Source: Blastocystis sp. Blastoise
Lineage: Eukaryota; Protista; Bigyra: Opalinata
Direction of reading: 5' to 3'
Assembly (NCBI GenBank): GCA_039096225.1
Contig: JBBPEB010000006.1
Coordinates: 1,240,001 to 1,304,000 of the forward strand
DNA length: 64,000 bases
Shown: positions 61,923 through 64,000 of the stretch, piece after piece
How the letters are laid out: every line of letters starts with the position of its first letter
How positions within the stretch are numbered: the stretch's first letter is position 1
Notes under the pieces: model-generated
Seen by the model: only the letters and a program-made list of their open reading frames with translations
Told to the model about the DNA's origin: nothing
The model's database searches: none
Translations under genes and position numbers: made by a program

Positions 61923-62625
61923 TTGAATCATAATAAGACATATATAATAAAAAAAAAATAAAAATATAATATATATATACTTAGAAAACACAGAAAATAA
62001 CTCAACTCAATTTCCAGCAGCATCAAGATACTCTCAATTATACAAAAAAGCCAAAAAGACCCCAAAGAAGAAAAGTTGCAAGACAATGGAGACACTGATT
62101 GTCTCTTTGTTTATCAATACTATAGAAATAATATATATACATATAAGATGATAATAAATATATATATATTGATTTTAAAGTAAATAAGAATAAAAAAATG
62201 ATTAAAAAAAAGAAAAAAAAAATAAATAAAAATATACAGAAAAAAGGATATTTTTTAAGAAAGAAGAGATCATTGAGTGAACACAGAAAGTTGAAAAAGG
62301 ACATCACACCAGTTTGAGTACATTTAAACCAAAGGAAAAAGGAAACAACGAACCCATCATGGGTGAATTAGCCTTTAGACTATATAAAATAATAATAAAA
62401 TTAATGGAATAAATATATAAATACCTTGCAGATTGTTTGAACATACTAACATCAACAAGAAAGGAAATGAACACAGAGAATACCCATCAGGGTTACTAAC
62501 AAGACATTCTAAATAATAATGGTATATTAAATAGATAAATAATATAGAATATATACCATTTGAAATCTTTAACTAACGACAAAAGGAATAGAGATTTTGA
62601 AGAATGGAACAACTTGAAGACCTAA
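61251..62625 (-). pseudogene. Decayed multi-exon multi-pass membrane protein gene
   Basis: Hydrophobic exons (CLHCLATFLLWGLFGFFV*, LMPLVVVVLFFWIIFDFF, FSYSFLIIMIPSICVSFQSVLTALGFFLIILAIYFC) with canonical splice ends but several in-frame stops. Confidence 0.5.
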
Positions 62626-64000
62626 GAATGAAACAACTAGGAGATATAGAGATAATGAATAGATAAAATACAGAAATAAATCAAAAAGAAAACCTTTGAA
62701 AGGTTTATAAGATAAATAAATAATGAAATTCAAATAATTATTAATAGGGACAAAAGAAAAGTGTCATTATAAATATGAATCACGATTTTATGAATGGATC
62801 TTGTTATAATTTGAATAAATTTTATGTTTTTTTTAAAACTTGTTTTTTAAAAATAGTTTTTCTTTAGATAATGTGTTTTTAAAGGTATGTATGTGTTTTT
62901 GAATGTTTATAATGAGTTAAAATGTAAACATTATTAGTAAATTTATTTTAATGAATTATTTTATAGATAAAAAAATAGTGATCTGTCACAAAGAGCTTTA
63001 ATTAAGAGTATTTATCATGGATTATGAACTTATAGAGATATTCAAAATGAAAATGAATTCAAATATCGTTTAATTATTGGTATTAGGAGATAAAAAGGTG
63101 ATGTTTATAATTGTATTTCAAATGAGTTAATAGAGTTGATATTGAGTTGATAGAGCTTATACTTGATAGAATAGAGTTGATTTTGATTTATTTATTTTTA
63201 AACAGTGAATGGATTGACAATGTTGACTTTTTATTGATTAAAGTGTTGTAAATTGTGTTTAAAATAGTATATAAAGATATAATATAAAGAAGTAAATTTC
63301 ATTATAATTATATTAATAAAAGAATATTTAAAATGTAAAACACAGATCGTTGTTTTATTCGTTTACGGTAAAAGTCAAATGAATCAGAAAAATTTTATTA
63401 AATTTCTTGATTAAAATTTTAATTTTAAAACTTTCTCTTTTATTTGTTTGCTTTAAACTACTATGTTGTTGTAATGTTTTAATCAGTTAAATATATTGAA
63501 TTTAATTAAGTGAGGATGTCCCTCTTTAATATTTAGTATATATTTTTTATATTATTTTACTTAATTGCGTTTTTTTTTTAGGAATCAGTGTTTTGAAAGA
63601 ATAAGCAAGTTACTCTAACATAAAATGACAATCCAGAACATCAAACATAAAAAGAATTATATAGTAAATACTTTTAGTATATAATTCTTTTCTAAATTAG
63701 TTTTCTTTATTTTCTTTAAATTTATTTTATAGTATTCAAATAATCACATTGACTTCAAAGTCGTTACTATGATTACTATGCGATTTATTATTATATTTTG
63801 ATGAATTGACTGTAATTCTATATTCTTTTAAATTTTTTTATATTTATATTATTATTTCATTTGTTGTTTTATAGCTATTTATTAAAGTAATTATTTATTA
63901 ATTAATTCGTATATTATAATTATCTTATTATAAGTATTTTATCTTTTGTATTTGTAATAAAATTATTTATATATATGTATTGTTTATTATTTATTATATT

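Overview
Very AT-rich eukaryotic DNA with many short, TA-microsatellite-rich introns. The gene style (BTB-TLDc gene, lineage-specific BTB/LRR-like family gene, minor introns) resembles an AT-rich Blastocystis-like stramenopile; this is an inference. I assembled these spliced genes by hand: a frameshifted Ser/Asn-rich gene at the left edge, a putative winged-helix protein, an R3H protein divergent from MFAP1, a GT61-like glycosyltransferase, a giant ~18.8 kb surface-receptor gene (signal peptide, fibro-slime/PA14, Ig/filamin-like repeats, Cys-rich repeats, TM, low-complexity tail), a BTB/LRR-like gene and an intronless BTB-TLDc gene. There is also a 2.1 kb non-coding element with perfect 48-bp inverted ends, and three decayed genes. 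Two things stand out. (1) Six U12-type AT-AC minor introns are packed into 6.2 kb of the giant gene, all sharing a variant branch site. (2) A ~20-exon tyrosine-recombinase gene has catalytic motifs split by an intron, a reading frame that opens at (CCCTAA)3, and an upstream block of palindromic octamer repeats and TTAGGG boxes; it is a candidate new Crypton-like element lying between decayed gene fragments. All exon structures and domain calls come from manual reading, not from database searches.
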